Shown piece after piece: positions 26,256 through 35,570 of a stretch of DNA of 42,431 bases (position 1 is the stretch's first letter; each line of letters begins with the position of its first letter). The notes below the pieces were generated by a model that made no database searches, had not been told where the DNA came from, and saw only the letters and a list, made by a program, of their open reading frames with translations. Source of the DNA: a virus. Taxonomy: Duplodnaviria > Caudoviricetes. The position numbers were made by a program, and so were the translations under genes. The stretch spans positions 1 to 42,431 of IMG/VR virus record IMGVR_UViG_3300011417_000007. The stretch is one strand, 5' to 3'.

Positions 26256-26426
26256 ATGCAACTCGAATTTTCTGGATCAGAAGTAGACACAATCGCCCTG
26301 GCGCTACAACTCCAAATAGCCAGTGCGCAGAACCTGTTGCTGAACCTTCAGACACAAGTCACGAAGATCAACACTCCTCCGGCTCCCCCAAATGACACGC
26401 CTGTACCACGGCCCTCCGGAGAGTAA
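26256..26426 (+). CDS. Small hypothetical (possible fibre assembly) protein
   Basis: 56 aa from MQLEFSG, helical. Confidence 0.5.
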   Translation: MQLEFSGSEVDTIALALQLQIASAQNLLLNLQTQVTKINTPPAPPNDTPVPRPSGE

Positions 26427-27534
26427 GCTTACCACGCATCTGCTGGAGACAACAGGGCCTGCACTGGCAGGAGTACTTGCGAGCGGGACGAACGAAGTGG
26501 TGCCTGTTTACCCGGCGGGCGGCTTGTCAATGGTTGGCAATCAGTTAGTCGCTGGTCCGGGCTTTGTCAACCTTCTTCCGAATGCGCAGTTTCTCTACGC
26601 CTACGCGAATCAGTATAACCCAAGCGCTTATCAGCGCGCTCGCGATTGCTGGAACGGCACGCAATCTGGTGGTGGCGTCTACACGATGGCTGGGGCAAGC
26701 GCCAGCGCTCCTGCTCAGTATGCCGCTGGCAGTGTCGTTTATCTGAACTACCTGACCACTACCGCTGATGCGGCTATAGGGGCAGCTGACTTCTACGACT
26801 ACCGATGCGGGGTTGAAGGCTTTGACTGCATCCCTCTTCAATGGGGGACCTCCAACGCCAAGAACCTTACCTTGTCCTTCTGGACTTGGTCCAACACGAC
26901 GGGTCAGCACAGCGGAGCTGTCCAGAACAACGCTGCGACTCGGAGCTACCCCTTTATCTACAATATCGACGTGGCAGACACTTGGGAGCAGAAAGTTATC
27001 AATATCCCAGGAGACACGACAGGCACATGGCTGAAGGAATCCAGCACGGGGATTCGTCTACTGTTTAATCTGGGCTCTGGCACTAACTACCAAGGCACTG
27101 CAAACACCTGGGCGGCAGCGAATTACTTCGGAGCCACTGGATCAGTCCAGCTCATCAGCACACTAAATCGGACCTGGAGGCTGTTGCTGCCGCAGCTACA
27201 GATCGGCACTTTCACCACGCCTCCGCCCTTCGAGTTCTTGCCGATTGGAGAGATACAAAAGCGCAATGGGCGCTATGTTGAAGCGATTCAACGCGTCATC
27301 GTCAGCAACTACACGCCTGCGATCGGGACACGCTACCACACGGTCTACTGGAAATACAACAAGCGCGCAGCCCCAACGATCACGATGGGAGACCTTGGCA
27401 ATGCCAACTATGCCGCTGGTGTGCCAACCGTCAACGTCAATGGTTCAGACATCACCGAAGTCTATAAAAACTCTCTTGGTGCTGGCGACGGGTACTACCT
27501 CTTCAGCATTCTAGCTGATGCGAGCAACGGATGA
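26392..27534 (+). CDS. Putative second receptor-binding / carbohydrate-binding tail protein
   Basis: VEG...LQWGT..AK.LTLSFW..S..TG...RSYPF.Y.I..ADTWEQK.I.IPGDTTGTW lectin-like domain. Confidence 0.7.
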   Translation: MTRLYHGPPESKLTTHLLETTGPALAGVLASGTNEVVPVYPAGGLSMVGNQLVAGPGFVNLLPNAQFLYAYANQYNPSAYQRARDCWNGTQSGGGVYTMAGASASAPAQYAAGSVVYLNYLTTTADAAIGAADFYDYRCGVEGFDCIPLQWGTSNAKNLTLSFWTWSNTTGQHSGAVQNNAATRSYPFIYNIDVADTWEQKVINIPGDTTGTWLKESSTGIRLLFNLGSGTNYQGTANTWAAANYFGATGSVQLISTLNRTWRLLLPQLQIGTFTTPPPFEFLPIGEIQKRNGRYVEAIQRVIVSNYTPAIGTRYHTVYWKYNKRAAPTITMGDLGNANYAAGVPTVNVNGSDITEVYKNSLGAGDGYYLFSILADASNG

Positions 27535-27719
27535 GCACTGCCCACGAATTTAGAGCTTTCTACTGCCGCCACTGCCAAACAGCCGCAGCTGACGTTGAGT
27601 CTGAGTGTGTTGAGCACGAAGCTACTGGTGATTTTGACGGACCACTCTTCAAGTCCGATTTTGAACTTCGACTCGACCGACTCGAAGATGAAGTTAACTT
27701 CCTAAAGAGCCGAGCATGA
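27531..27719 (+). CDS. Small hypothetical protein (CxxC)
   Basis: 62 aa, ATGA-coupled on both sides. Confidence 0.55.
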   Translation: MSTAHEFRAFYCRHCQTAAADVESECVEHEATGDFDGPLFKSDFELRLDRLEDEVNFLKSRA

Positions 27720-28000
27720 ACGACCACCCGCCCTACAACCCAGGCATCAGACCCCGTTTCGACGGGACTATTAATCTGGGGCACATACTGACCTTTGTCG
27801 GCTTCATGGCCGCCGGGTTCAGTGCGTACTCTACCTTGGACAAGCGCATTAGTGTCGAGGAAGTGGAGCGGGCAGCGATTAAGGATGCGCTCGAAGCGAG
27901 AAATGCCCAGGTCGAAAGAGCCCTTACCCGTATCGAAACGCACTTGGATCGGATTGACACCCGACTGATTCAGATAAACGGACCGGCGAGGAGGCCCTGA
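27716..28000 (+). CDS. Single-TM coiled-coil membrane protein (lysis module)
   Basis: INLGHILTFVGFMAAGFSAY TM segment followed by a coiled coil. Confidence 0.65.
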   Translation: MNDHPPYNPGIRPRFDGTINLGHILTFVGFMAAGFSAYSTLDKRISVEEVERAAIKDALEARNAQVERALTRIETHLDRIDTRLIQINGPARRP

Positions 28001-28476
28001 TGCTTGAACTAATTTCCCTGGCGCTAGGAGGCATCCTGCGCTTTATTCCAGAGCTGATCAAGTACAAGACCCAGGAGCGGGAACAGGCCCACGAGCTGGC
28101 GATGTTTGATCTGCAACTGAAAGCAGACGAGCTGCGCTCGAAGCTCCGCGTGGACGAGATCAGAGTCCAAGGCGAGATGGCTGAAGCGGCGGGCGAACTG
28201 GAAGCAATGAAGTCCGCGTTCGAAGCTGCCAAACCTACAGGCGTGAAGTGGGTCGATGCTTTGTCCGCCACGGTAAGACCTGTTTTGACGTACTGGTACT
28301 GCTTGGTCCTCTACGGTGCGTACAAGTCCATCTTGTTATATAATGGCGTCGCTCAAGAAGTGCCACTGTACTCCTTTGCCACGCTGCTCGTAAATGAGTT
28401 CGACACTGGAGTGATGGCTTCGATCATCGGATTTTGGTTCGTTGACCGCAGCATCCGTAAACGTGGACGCATCTGA
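28000..28476 (+). CDS. Putative holin (3-TM, GTA-holin-like)
   Basis: WVDALSATVRPVLTY...IIGFWFVDR motif, adjacent to the endolysin gene. Confidence 0.65.
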   Translation: MLELISLALGGILRFIPELIKYKTQEREQAHELAMFDLQLKADELRSKLRVDEIRVQGEMAEAAGELEAMKSAFEAAKPTGVKWVDALSATVRPVLTYWYCLVLYGAYKSILLYNGVAQEVPLYSFATLLVNEFDTGVMASIIGFWFVDRSIRKRGRI

Positions 28477-28909
28477 CCTGATCAAGGAGTTTGAGGGTTG
28501 CCATAAGGTGAAAGCTGATGGACTGGTCTACCCTTACACCTGCCCCGCTGGCTACCCTACCCAGGGATGGGGACTGGTTGTCCCCTCTCTATCCGTTCCT
28601 GCCATTAGCCGCGGAGAAGCAGATACACGTCTTGCGGCTGCAATTCCGAACTACCGACGGGAGGTACTGCTCGCCTCCCCCGGAGTGGGACGGTTCGTTG
28701 CTCGGACTCATGCACTTACCTCCTTTGTATTTAATCTTGGTGGAACTCGTTATAGAGCCTCCACCCTCAGAAGAAAAGTGAACGCAGAGGAGTGGGATGA
28801 CGCTGCGGAAGAATTTGGCAAATGGGTCTGGGGCGGTGGTCGAAAGCTCCCAGGATTGGTACGTCGCAGGGCTGCAGAACGGAGGGTGTTTGAAAATGAC
28901 TTGGGGTGA
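28463..28909 (+). CDS. Endolysin, GH24 lysozyme
   Basis: IKEFEGC...Y.CPAGYPTQGWG, ALTSFVFNLG and LPGLVRRRAAE. Confidence 0.92.
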   Translation: MDASDLIKEFEGCHKVKADGLVYPYTCPAGYPTQGWGLVVPSLSVPAISRGEADTRLAAAIPNYRREVLLASPGVGRFVARTHALTSFVFNLGGTRYRASTLRRKVNAEEWDDAAEEFGKWVWGGGRKLPGLVRRRAAERRVFENDLG

Positions 28910-29069
28910 TTTTTATATCTGGACGGTCTGGGCTATGGCAGCGTTGAATCTGCTGACCGGGATCGGCTGCTTTTGGAATAAGAACTGGGAACACGGCGGT
29001 ATGTTTGTAGCCTACGCCGTGGCTTGCGTCTTCATCGTGTTTCAAGTGACGAAAGCACAGGTGCGCTGA
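28896..29069 (+). CDS. Small two-TM membrane protein
   Basis: 57 aa from MTWGDFYIW with two hydrophobic segments and a GGAGGG RBS. Confidence 0.6.
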   Translation: MTWGDFYIWTVWAMAALNLLTGIGCFWNKNWEHGGMFVAYAVACVFIVFQVTKAQVR

Positions 29070-29713
29070 TGGCGACCAGAATCTTTCGCGATGACATAGA
29101 CAAGTTCCTGGAGTACGACATCCATATCCCTACGCGGACCTTTTACATGGGGTCTTGCTTCAGCTACGGTTGGGAGGGCGGCGACTCCGGAGTTGACTCA
29201 GCAATGGCTGAGCGGGTGGTAAAAGGGCTTCACATCCTCGACCGCCTTCCAGTCAATGGAGTCAACCCAGGCATCACGATTATCATGAATAACCCTGGTG
29301 GGAACGTCTACCACGGCCTTGCGATATTTGACGCGATCCAGGGCTGCGAGAATCATGTGACCGTGGTGGCTACTGGCTACGTCATGTCGATGGGCAGCAT
29401 TATCTTCCAGGCCGCTGACGAACGCCTCATGACCCCGAATGCCAAGATGATGATTCATCACGGCTCTGACGGCGGCGAAGGCCATACCAAGAACTTTATC
29501 GCTTGGGCGGACGAAGCCAAGGCTATTGTCAAGTGGGTGAACGACTTGTTCCTGGCCAAGATGCAGGAGAAGCACCCGCACATGACTTATGACGAAGTGG
29601 ACCGAATGCAGGACTTCGACAAGTATTTAACGGCTCAGGAAGCGGTGGACCTAGGGCTGGCTGATGGTATTAAATTTCCACCTAACCACTTTTTTAGGGG
29701 TAACAATGGCTGA
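29069..29713 (+). CDS. clpP: ClpP-like serine protease (peptidase S14)
   Basis: NNPGGNVYHGLAIFD, catalytic Ser in MSMGS, His in MIHH and Asp in FDKYLTAQEAV. Confidence 0.9.
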   Translation: MATRIFRDDIDKFLEYDIHIPTRTFYMGSCFSYGWEGGDSGVDSAMAERVVKGLHILDRLPVNGVNPGITIIMNNPGGNVYHGLAIFDAIQGCENHVTVVATGYVMSMGSIIFQAADERLMTPNAKMMIHHGSDGGEGHTKNFIAWADEAKAIVKWVNDLFLAKMQEKHPHMTYDEVDRMQDFDKYLTAQEAVDLGLADGIKFPPNHFFRGNNG

Positions 29714-29996
29714 AGCAAAGAAGACTGTAGCAAAGGGTAAGTCGATGACGGACTTTCGCGCCGCGCACGACAAGGACTATTACATCCCCTTGAAGATCAA
29801 GCAAGGTCTTGCCGAACTTGGCGACGGCTGGGAATACGAACTGAATTTCGTCAGGATTTGCGGCTTGAGCGGCAACGACCTCTCGCGCTATCGTGACGAG
29901 TTTACTGATTTCACTCTCATTACGCCTGGGACTAAGGGCAAGAGAGTCTGGTCGGGGTCGAAGGCTACTATTCTGAAGATGAAGGAAATGCTGTGA
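29706..29996 (+). CDS. Hypothetical protein
   Basis: 96 aa from MAEAKK, coupled to the next gene. Confidence 0.7.
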   Translation: MAEAKKTVAKGKSMTDFRAAHDKDYYIPLKIKQGLAELGDGWEYELNFVRICGLSGNDLSRYRDEFTDFTLITPGTKGKRVWSGSKATILKMKEML

Positions 29997-31024
29997 AATC
30001 ACTGAAAGACTTCAAGTCGGAGTTCGCTCCAGACCAGGAAGTTCTGTATCTGCGGGAGCAGGTCCGCGGGCTGGAGACCAAGCTCCAACAGGAGAAGAAA
30101 GCGACGGGGGAGGCCAGAGAGCGTGTGCTGGCTCTTACCGACGCGATCTCTGGGACCAAGCCCAAGCCGATGCTCTATAACCCAAAGGACCATGTTGGTC
30201 AGGCTCCGATCACGATGGTGCTCCACCTGACTGACCTTCACAATGGCGAAGTTACCAAAAGGGACGACGTAGATGGCTTCGGCGAATTCTCCCCTGAGAT
30301 TTTTACGGCTCGGCTCCAGGAACTTGGCCGTCGAGTCATTGATTTTGCAAAGGTCCAGCGGGCGGGTTATCATATACCAAGGCTCCAGATCATTGGTACT
30401 GGAGACTACGTTTCAGGGGACATCCATATCGAACTTCAAACGACGAATGCTTATCCGGCTCCGGTTCAGGCTATTCGTTGCGGGTACGATCTGGGTGCGC
30501 TTGTGGCGATGCTGGCTCCGCACTTTGAAGTCATTGATTCCGACTGGATCACCATAGACAATCATGGAAGGATGACCAGGAAGAATCAGGCCTCGGATGG
30601 CGGGCTGAACAACTGGGGCTACGTGGTCGCTCACACCATTAAGCAGCACACCCAGAACCTGAAGAACGTCAAGGTGAACATCCACACGAAGTCCTCTCAT
30701 CTGGTGAACGTCGGACGCGAACGCTATCTCTGCTTCCACGGCCACGAGATCAAGGGATGGGCTGGATTACCGTACTACGGCTTCGATCGGCGGGCTGCGA
30801 TGGAAGCGGTAAAGCGGATGAACGTGCCGGAAGCCTCCTTCACCAAGATGGTCTTTGGGCACTTCCATACTGCTGTCAGCACGCTGCTCTACAACAGCGG
30901 CGGGTCGCTTAGCGGTACCAATCCCTTCGACCACTCTTGCGGCAGACATGCCAGGGCGCATCAAACTAGCTGGTTAGTCCATCCAAAACACGGAGAGTTT
31001 GCGTTCACGCGCTGGTGGCTGTAA
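29993..31024 (+). CDS. Calcineurin-like metallophosphoesterase with N-terminal coiled coil
   Basis: TDLH, GD, NHGR, HGH and GHFH metal-binding motifs. Confidence 0.85.
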   Translation: MKSLKDFKSEFAPDQEVLYLREQVRGLETKLQQEKKATGEARERVLALTDAISGTKPKPMLYNPKDHVGQAPITMVLHLTDLHNGEVTKRDDVDGFGEFSPEIFTARLQELGRRVIDFAKVQRAGYHIPRLQIIGTGDYVSGDIHIELQTTNAYPAPVQAIRCGYDLGALVAMLAPHFEVIDSDWITIDNHGRMTRKNQASDGGLNNWGYVVAHTIKQHTQNLKNVKVNIHTKSSHLVNVGRERYLCFHGHEIKGWAGLPYYGFDRRAAMEAVKRMNVPEASFTKMVFGHFHTAVSTLLYNSGGSLSGTNPFDHSCGRHARAHQTSWLVHPKHGEFAFTRWWL

Positions 31025-32026
31025 ATGTCCAACGAGACCCTTCTTGCCCAGCTCTTTAGCCACATCGACTCGAAGAAGCGAGAGGTTAAGGACTGGGCCA
31101 AGACTTGGGCGACGAACCCGAAAGAAGCCTGGGAACGGCAGAAGGAAGCGGGGAGGAACTTTCAGCCTGCTTCTACTGAGCAGATCATGGAGAATGCCCT
31201 GGGGCATGGCATGATAAAAACAGTTACACCTGCGCTGGCAGCACATATCCAATCGCTGGTGAAGGGGGGTATGTCGCTGACCGATGCGCTGAAGAGTTTC
31301 CAGGCTTTCCCGAAGATTGGGACGACTGGGAGGATCGAAGGCTATGCCCAGGCAATACCGACCACGGCGGGCAGAACCCCTGAGAAGACTGTCATGGACG
31401 TTCTGTCTGGACGTCCGTCGATCCCGCTGAAGGAGTTCTATGAAGGGGCGGAGCGCGAGGCGCTGGAACAAGCCGCACCGAAGTCAGTGAATATTCCTGT
31501 CTACGCCCGACTGGTTGAGCCAAATGAGAAAGCTGGTGGGAGCTTCTTCCGAGGGGAGAATCCATATATTACTGCGGAGGCCCGGTCGTTTCAAGGGCCT
31601 TATGGAGTTCGGGGAGTGGTCGCCCACGAAGGCACGCACGCTTTCCAGAAGGAGTATGACCTAGCTCATGGCGCTAACGCCAACGTCATGCGCCCGCAGA
31701 TAGCAGCGAACCTCCTCGAGAACCCTGAAGCGCAGGTGCTGTTCAAGGAGCTTTCCAAGCGGCGCTCGCACCCTGACTGGACTGCTTACCGTAGTGTGGC
31801 GGGAGAGGAAGCTGCGAACCTGGCGAAGAAGTCGGCGATTGGGCAGCCGGTTCAATATGACAATCCCCTGGCCATGCAGATGGTGGAGGGGAAAGAGTTC
31901 TTGTCGCCTGAGTACATCCGCCGCTATCGGATACTGCAGGAGCTGCAACGCAAAGGCCAGTTCGATCCGTTCAAGGCCCCGATGGACCTGCCACCTGGTT
32001 GGGAAGGTCTATACCCTCCCAAGTAG
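31025..32026 (+). CDS. Zincin metallopeptidase (polyvalent-protein MPTase-like)
   Basis: VAHEGTHAFQ (HExxH) and a downstream Y.SVAGE. Confidence 0.65.
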   Translation: MSNETLLAQLFSHIDSKKREVKDWAKTWATNPKEAWERQKEAGRNFQPASTEQIMENALGHGMIKTVTPALAAHIQSLVKGGMSLTDALKSFQAFPKIGTTGRIEGYAQAIPTTAGRTPEKTVMDVLSGRPSIPLKEFYEGAEREALEQAAPKSVNIPVYARLVEPNEKAGGSFFRGENPYITAEARSFQGPYGVRGVVAHEGTHAFQKEYDLAHGANANVMRPQIAANLLENPEAQVLFKELSKRRSHPDWTAYRSVAGEEAANLAKKSAIGQPVQYDNPLAMQMVEGKEFLSPEYIRRYRILQELQRKGQFDPFKAPMDLPPGWEGLYPPK

Positions 32027-33188
32027 GCCTGATCATTACGCCGTCGAACTTGATCTGGTTCGCGGAGAGTAGTGATTCCAGGATGTTTCCAGCAACTTGC
32101 TTGTCCGGGAAGTACTTGCGCAGGTAATTGTGCGCAGCCCACTGGGATATTCCTCCCCGCGACTGGACCCATTTCAAGAACCGCTCCTGCTGGAAAGCCG
32201 CATCGCTCATTCCAATGCGGTCGAACACCTTGGACATGGCGGGCTCCAGGTCTGTGAGCATGTTGTCGGCGGCTTGCAGATCATCCTTGGTGATTATAAG
32301 TTCATCCCGGCTGGCGGCTGCTAACACCATCCCGAGCTTGTGGATCATGGTCTGCTTCCGGGCTATGTACCCGCCGAACCTGACTGTGTCCAGGCCCTTG
32401 CAGCCCTCTTCGTACCAGTACTTATACCACCACTCGCCCCAAGCCACTGCTTCAGAATCCAGTTTGTACTCCCCGGCCAGCCGAGTGGCGATGTGCTCAA
32501 GATCATGTACGAGGTCGGCTTCTTGTGCCTTGAGGTCAGCAGGGACTTCCAGTCCGGGGTAGGCAACATACTTCTCTTTTGCTTCTTCATAGCAGAATAT
32601 GCAACGGCTAGTGAAGCCGCCTCCTATCATATACTCGGGGAAGTTGCCCGCGATCCATTCTGGCGTGGTGCAGGCGATTAGGTTAATCCAGGGATTTGTC
32701 ACCTCGTCGGTGCCAGACATCTTGGTGGCCTTGGTGAACGAGCGACCGTCCCAGAGGTTCACCAACATGTCGATCATGTCCTTGTCCTTGGGATTCACCA
32801 AGTTCCCGAACTCGCTCGACACAATGGTCAGCGGGCTCATCGGGTAGTACATGTCTCCTAAACTAAAGCTTTCGCAGGCTTCCGCGAACGATTTGACGAG
32901 GGACTGCCAAGTGACGACGCTTGGTCCGAAGTTAATTCCAGGGACTTGCCGCAGGAGAGACATTCCAACCTCGGCAGTGGTCGACTTTGAAACAATTCCT
33001 GGAGGCGCAACCAGAACGATGTAGAGGTTGGGATACCACTGGAAATAAGCTTGGTCGATCCAGACACGACGGCGAAGCGCCCCCGCAATAGTTGACACTG
33101 CCACCCAGAAGTACATTCGCTTTGGAGCTTCCCCAAAAGCGGCGTACCGCGTGAAGCTATCAATCCAGTCACCGCACTTCCGGGACAT
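31971..33188 (-). CDS. DUF3987/YfjI-like P-loop protein (putative replicative helicase)
   Basis: YPNLYIVLVAPPGIVSKST degenerate P-loop, SSEFG, LWDG and GGGFTSR. Adjacent to the DNA polymerase gene. Confidence 0.75.
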   Translation of the reverse strand: MSRKCGDWIDSFTRYAAFGEAPKRMYFWVAVSTIAGALRRRVWIDQAYFQWYPNLYIVLVAPPGIVSKSTTAEVGMSLLRQVPGINFGPSVVTWQSLVKSFAEACESFSLGDMYYPMSPLTIVSSEFGNLVNPKDKDMIDMLVNLWDGRSFTKATKMSGTDEVTNPWINLIACTTPEWIAGNFPEYMIGGGFTSRCIFCYEEAKEKYVAYPGLEVPADLKAQEADLVHDLEHIATRLAGEYKLDSEAVAWGEWWYKYWYEEGCKGLDTVRFGGYIARKQTMIHKLGMVLAAASRDELIITKDDLQAADNMLTDLEPAMSKVFDRIGMSDAAFQQERFLKWVQSRGGISQWAAHNYLRKYFPDKQVAGNILESLLSANQIKFDGVMIRPTWEGIDLPNQVAGPSGP

Positions 33189-33203
33189 GGGTTCCCCTGG
33201 TTA

Positions 33204-35570
33204 TTAGCTACAATCTCCCCACGAAACGCGGGATGTTTTAAGACCTGTCGGGATGATGAGCGGGCGGGTGTAAGGGATCGGATATCTGGAGAGTGTGAGG
33301 AGCTTGGCTTTACATTCATCGGCCACCTCGATAGGGTACTGGAAGACTAGGGAATCGTGAACTTGCAAGGATACCCGAATCTCCGGTGCGTGGGTACGGA
33401 CCTGGTCCCAGATGTGGTTTATTAGCAGTCCGACGGTTGACTGGGGGATCCAGGCAGCGGCTTGGTTATAAAGTGTACTGTCAAGCCGATCGAAGTAGTA
33501 CCGTCTGTACCCGAATACATTGGACACTGAACGGGTTTTATCGACAGAGTTGCGTATCCGCTCCCCGTAGTGCTGAATCTTCGGAAAGCGCTTGAAATAC
33601 CAACTCTGCGTTCTCTCAGCGTCTGCAATAGAAAGTCCAATGCGCCCAGCAAGACCTTTTGGTGTTCCCAGGTAGTGGGTTCCGTGGGCGAAAGCCTTGA
33701 ACTTAGCACGGCGGGAATCTTTCTTGCTAATGGTTTTGTCATTGTAGAATTCCTTGGCAATTTCAGTATAAGGGTCTAGGCCAGCGTCAAGGAGCTGGCG
33801 CATTTCTTCCTCATCGGCTTCCTCTACGACTATGCGTAGATCGGCCTGGGACAAGTCCATGTCTGCTATTTCACATCCAGAGTCAGGCACAAAGAGCTTT
33901 CGCACGTTGGGCAGGTCAAGGTAAAACTCTTCGTCTGGTGAATCTTTGTTCTCCCCTGGGATGTTTTGCATGTTGAGGCCAGAACCAAATGCGTTCTCAG
34001 AACTACTGAGGCGATACGTTTCCGTTCCAGCAACGTTATACGATGTGCGCATGCGCTGGTCGCGGTCAAGGGTAGCGTCAACGAAAGTTGATTTGAAGAC
34101 GCCCAGGCTACGAATTTCAAGAAGTCGCTTAACGACTGGTCGGATGACTGGCTCCTTCTTGGAGAGGGTTTTGAGGGAGTTTTCGTCCAGAGACGGGCGA
34201 GGACCTTCTTTAGTCCGCTTGTACTGAACAGGGAGTTTGAGGTCATCGTAGAAGAGCCTTTTCATCTGGGCGGGCGACCGCGGGTTGACAGGATGGCCGA
34301 AGACGAAAGCAAGCCAGGCTTCGCGGGCGGCTTTCTCCGTGGCTAGTTCAGAGGATAGTTGCTTTTTCGCTTCGATGGCGACCTTGACGCCATCGAGCAT
34401 GGTCTGGACCACGTGACCCCACATCCGATGCTGGAAGCGGCATGGGCCTTCTAGGCCGAGCTTCACGACGGTCTCGCTTAGGACTTCGGCAATCTCCCAG
34501 GTCCGGACAGCATCCTCACAGTTATAGTGCCAGAGGACCTTCTCATCCTGACGCTGATGCCATTCCTTGCCATCGTTCTTCCAGAAGACGTGGTTCTCAC
34601 AATATAGACTCGAAAGAACGTCCAGTCCTTTGTCCGTACCAGGGAAACAGACATGGTGGGTGACCATTGTATCAAGGGCCAGATTCGGGATGTAGCCAAG
34701 GTGACGCTGAAAGTATTGGGCATCGTAGGAGAAGTTCTGGCCGGAGACGAGGCAATTCGGGTGGGTCAAGAGGTCCCGGAGGACCTTCATCAAGTGGAAC
34801 TCCTCGGTCTCGAGCCAGTAACTGCCCGCCGGGGACTTCATGAGGGGGATGCAAAGGGCGTCGTATTTCGACCAGCCCAAACCGATACAGGCAATATGGC
34901 CTGCACGGGTTTCGATGTCAACTGCTATGTGGACGGGTCCCCGCTGGACTCGAGCCAGCAAGGACTGAATGATGGTGTAGGCTTGGACGTAATGTGGCGC
35001 TTCTACGAATCTGTAAGGTGGCACATCCACCGGGTCAGTGATAGCAGATTTGACTCTTCTCAAGTCGCAGATAACATAGGGTCTCCATGACCACATGCGC
35101 AATATAGCTGCCGGGTGGAGAGTCGGTATTACAGTCGTCGCCGGATTCAGCGCGTATTTTAATCCAGACCCTCTCCAGTCCATCACTCCCCATTTCCCTG
35201 TCAACGACCACAAGGAAAGATTCCCGAGTGCGACTATCACCTTCGGCTTGCATAGTGCGACCTCCCGTTGAAGCTGAGCTACTCCTTGAATCAATTCCGG
35301 CTTTGCCCAGACTCCATTAAACTGCTCCCATTGTCCTGGAGGAGGCTTCTTCTTGCGAGAGAAGAAAAAGTCTAGGTTGTTGCCTGGAGGGCGCACACGA
35401 CAGACGTTCGTGACAAAGGCCTCGGAACGGAGGAGCCCTGCCTCGTGAAGCATCCGGTCGAGTTCTTGACCCGAGGCTCCTACGAAGGGTTTACCGATAC
35501 GCTCTTCTTCAACTCCCGGCGCTTCCCCGACTATCATCAGGGGTGACGGGCAAGGCCCCGTCGGCATCAT
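33204..35570 (-). CDS. polA: DNA polymerase family A fused to an N-terminal family-4-like uracil-DNA glycosylase domain
   Basis: UDG motifs GEAPG, PFVG and HPAA. Exonuclease motifs DIET, QNFSYD and YNCED. Polymerase motifs DLSQAD (A), R..FK...HG.HY (B) and QVHDS (C). Confidence 0.93.
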   Translation of the reverse strand: MMPTGPCPSPLMIVGEAPGVEEERIGKPFVGASGQELDRMLHEAGLLRSEAFVTNVCRVRPPGNNLDFFFSRKKKPPPGQWEQFNGVWAKPELIQGVAQLQREVALCKPKVIVALGNLSLWSLTGKWGVMDWRGSGLKYALNPATTVIPTLHPAAILRMWSWRPYVICDLRRVKSAITDPVDVPPYRFVEAPHYVQAYTIIQSLLARVQRGPVHIAVDIETRAGHIACIGLGWSKYDALCIPLMKSPAGSYWLETEEFHLMKVLRDLLTHPNCLVSGQNFSYDAQYFQRHLGYIPNLALDTMVTHHVCFPGTDKGLDVLSSLYCENHVFWKNDGKEWHQRQDEKVLWHYNCEDAVRTWEIAEVLSETVVKLGLEGPCRFQHRMWGHVVQTMLDGVKVAIEAKKQLSSELATEKAAREAWLAFVFGHPVNPRSPAQMKRLFYDDLKLPVQYKRTKEGPRPSLDENSLKTLSKKEPVIRPVVKRLLEIRSLGVFKSTFVDATLDRDQRMRTSYNVAGTETYRLSSSENAFGSGLNMQNIPGENKDSPDEEFYLDLPNVRKLFVPDSGCEIADMDLSQADLRIVVEEADEEEMRQLLDAGLDPYTEIAKEFYNDKTISKKDSRRAKFKAFAHGTHYLGTPKGLAGRIGLSIADAERTQSWYFKRFPKIQHYGERIRNSVDKTRSVSNVFGYRRYYFDRLDSTLYNQAAAWIPQSTVGLLINHIWDQVRTHAPEIRVSLQVHDSLVFQYPIEVADECKAKLLTLSRYPIPYTRPLIIPTGLKTSRVSWGDCS

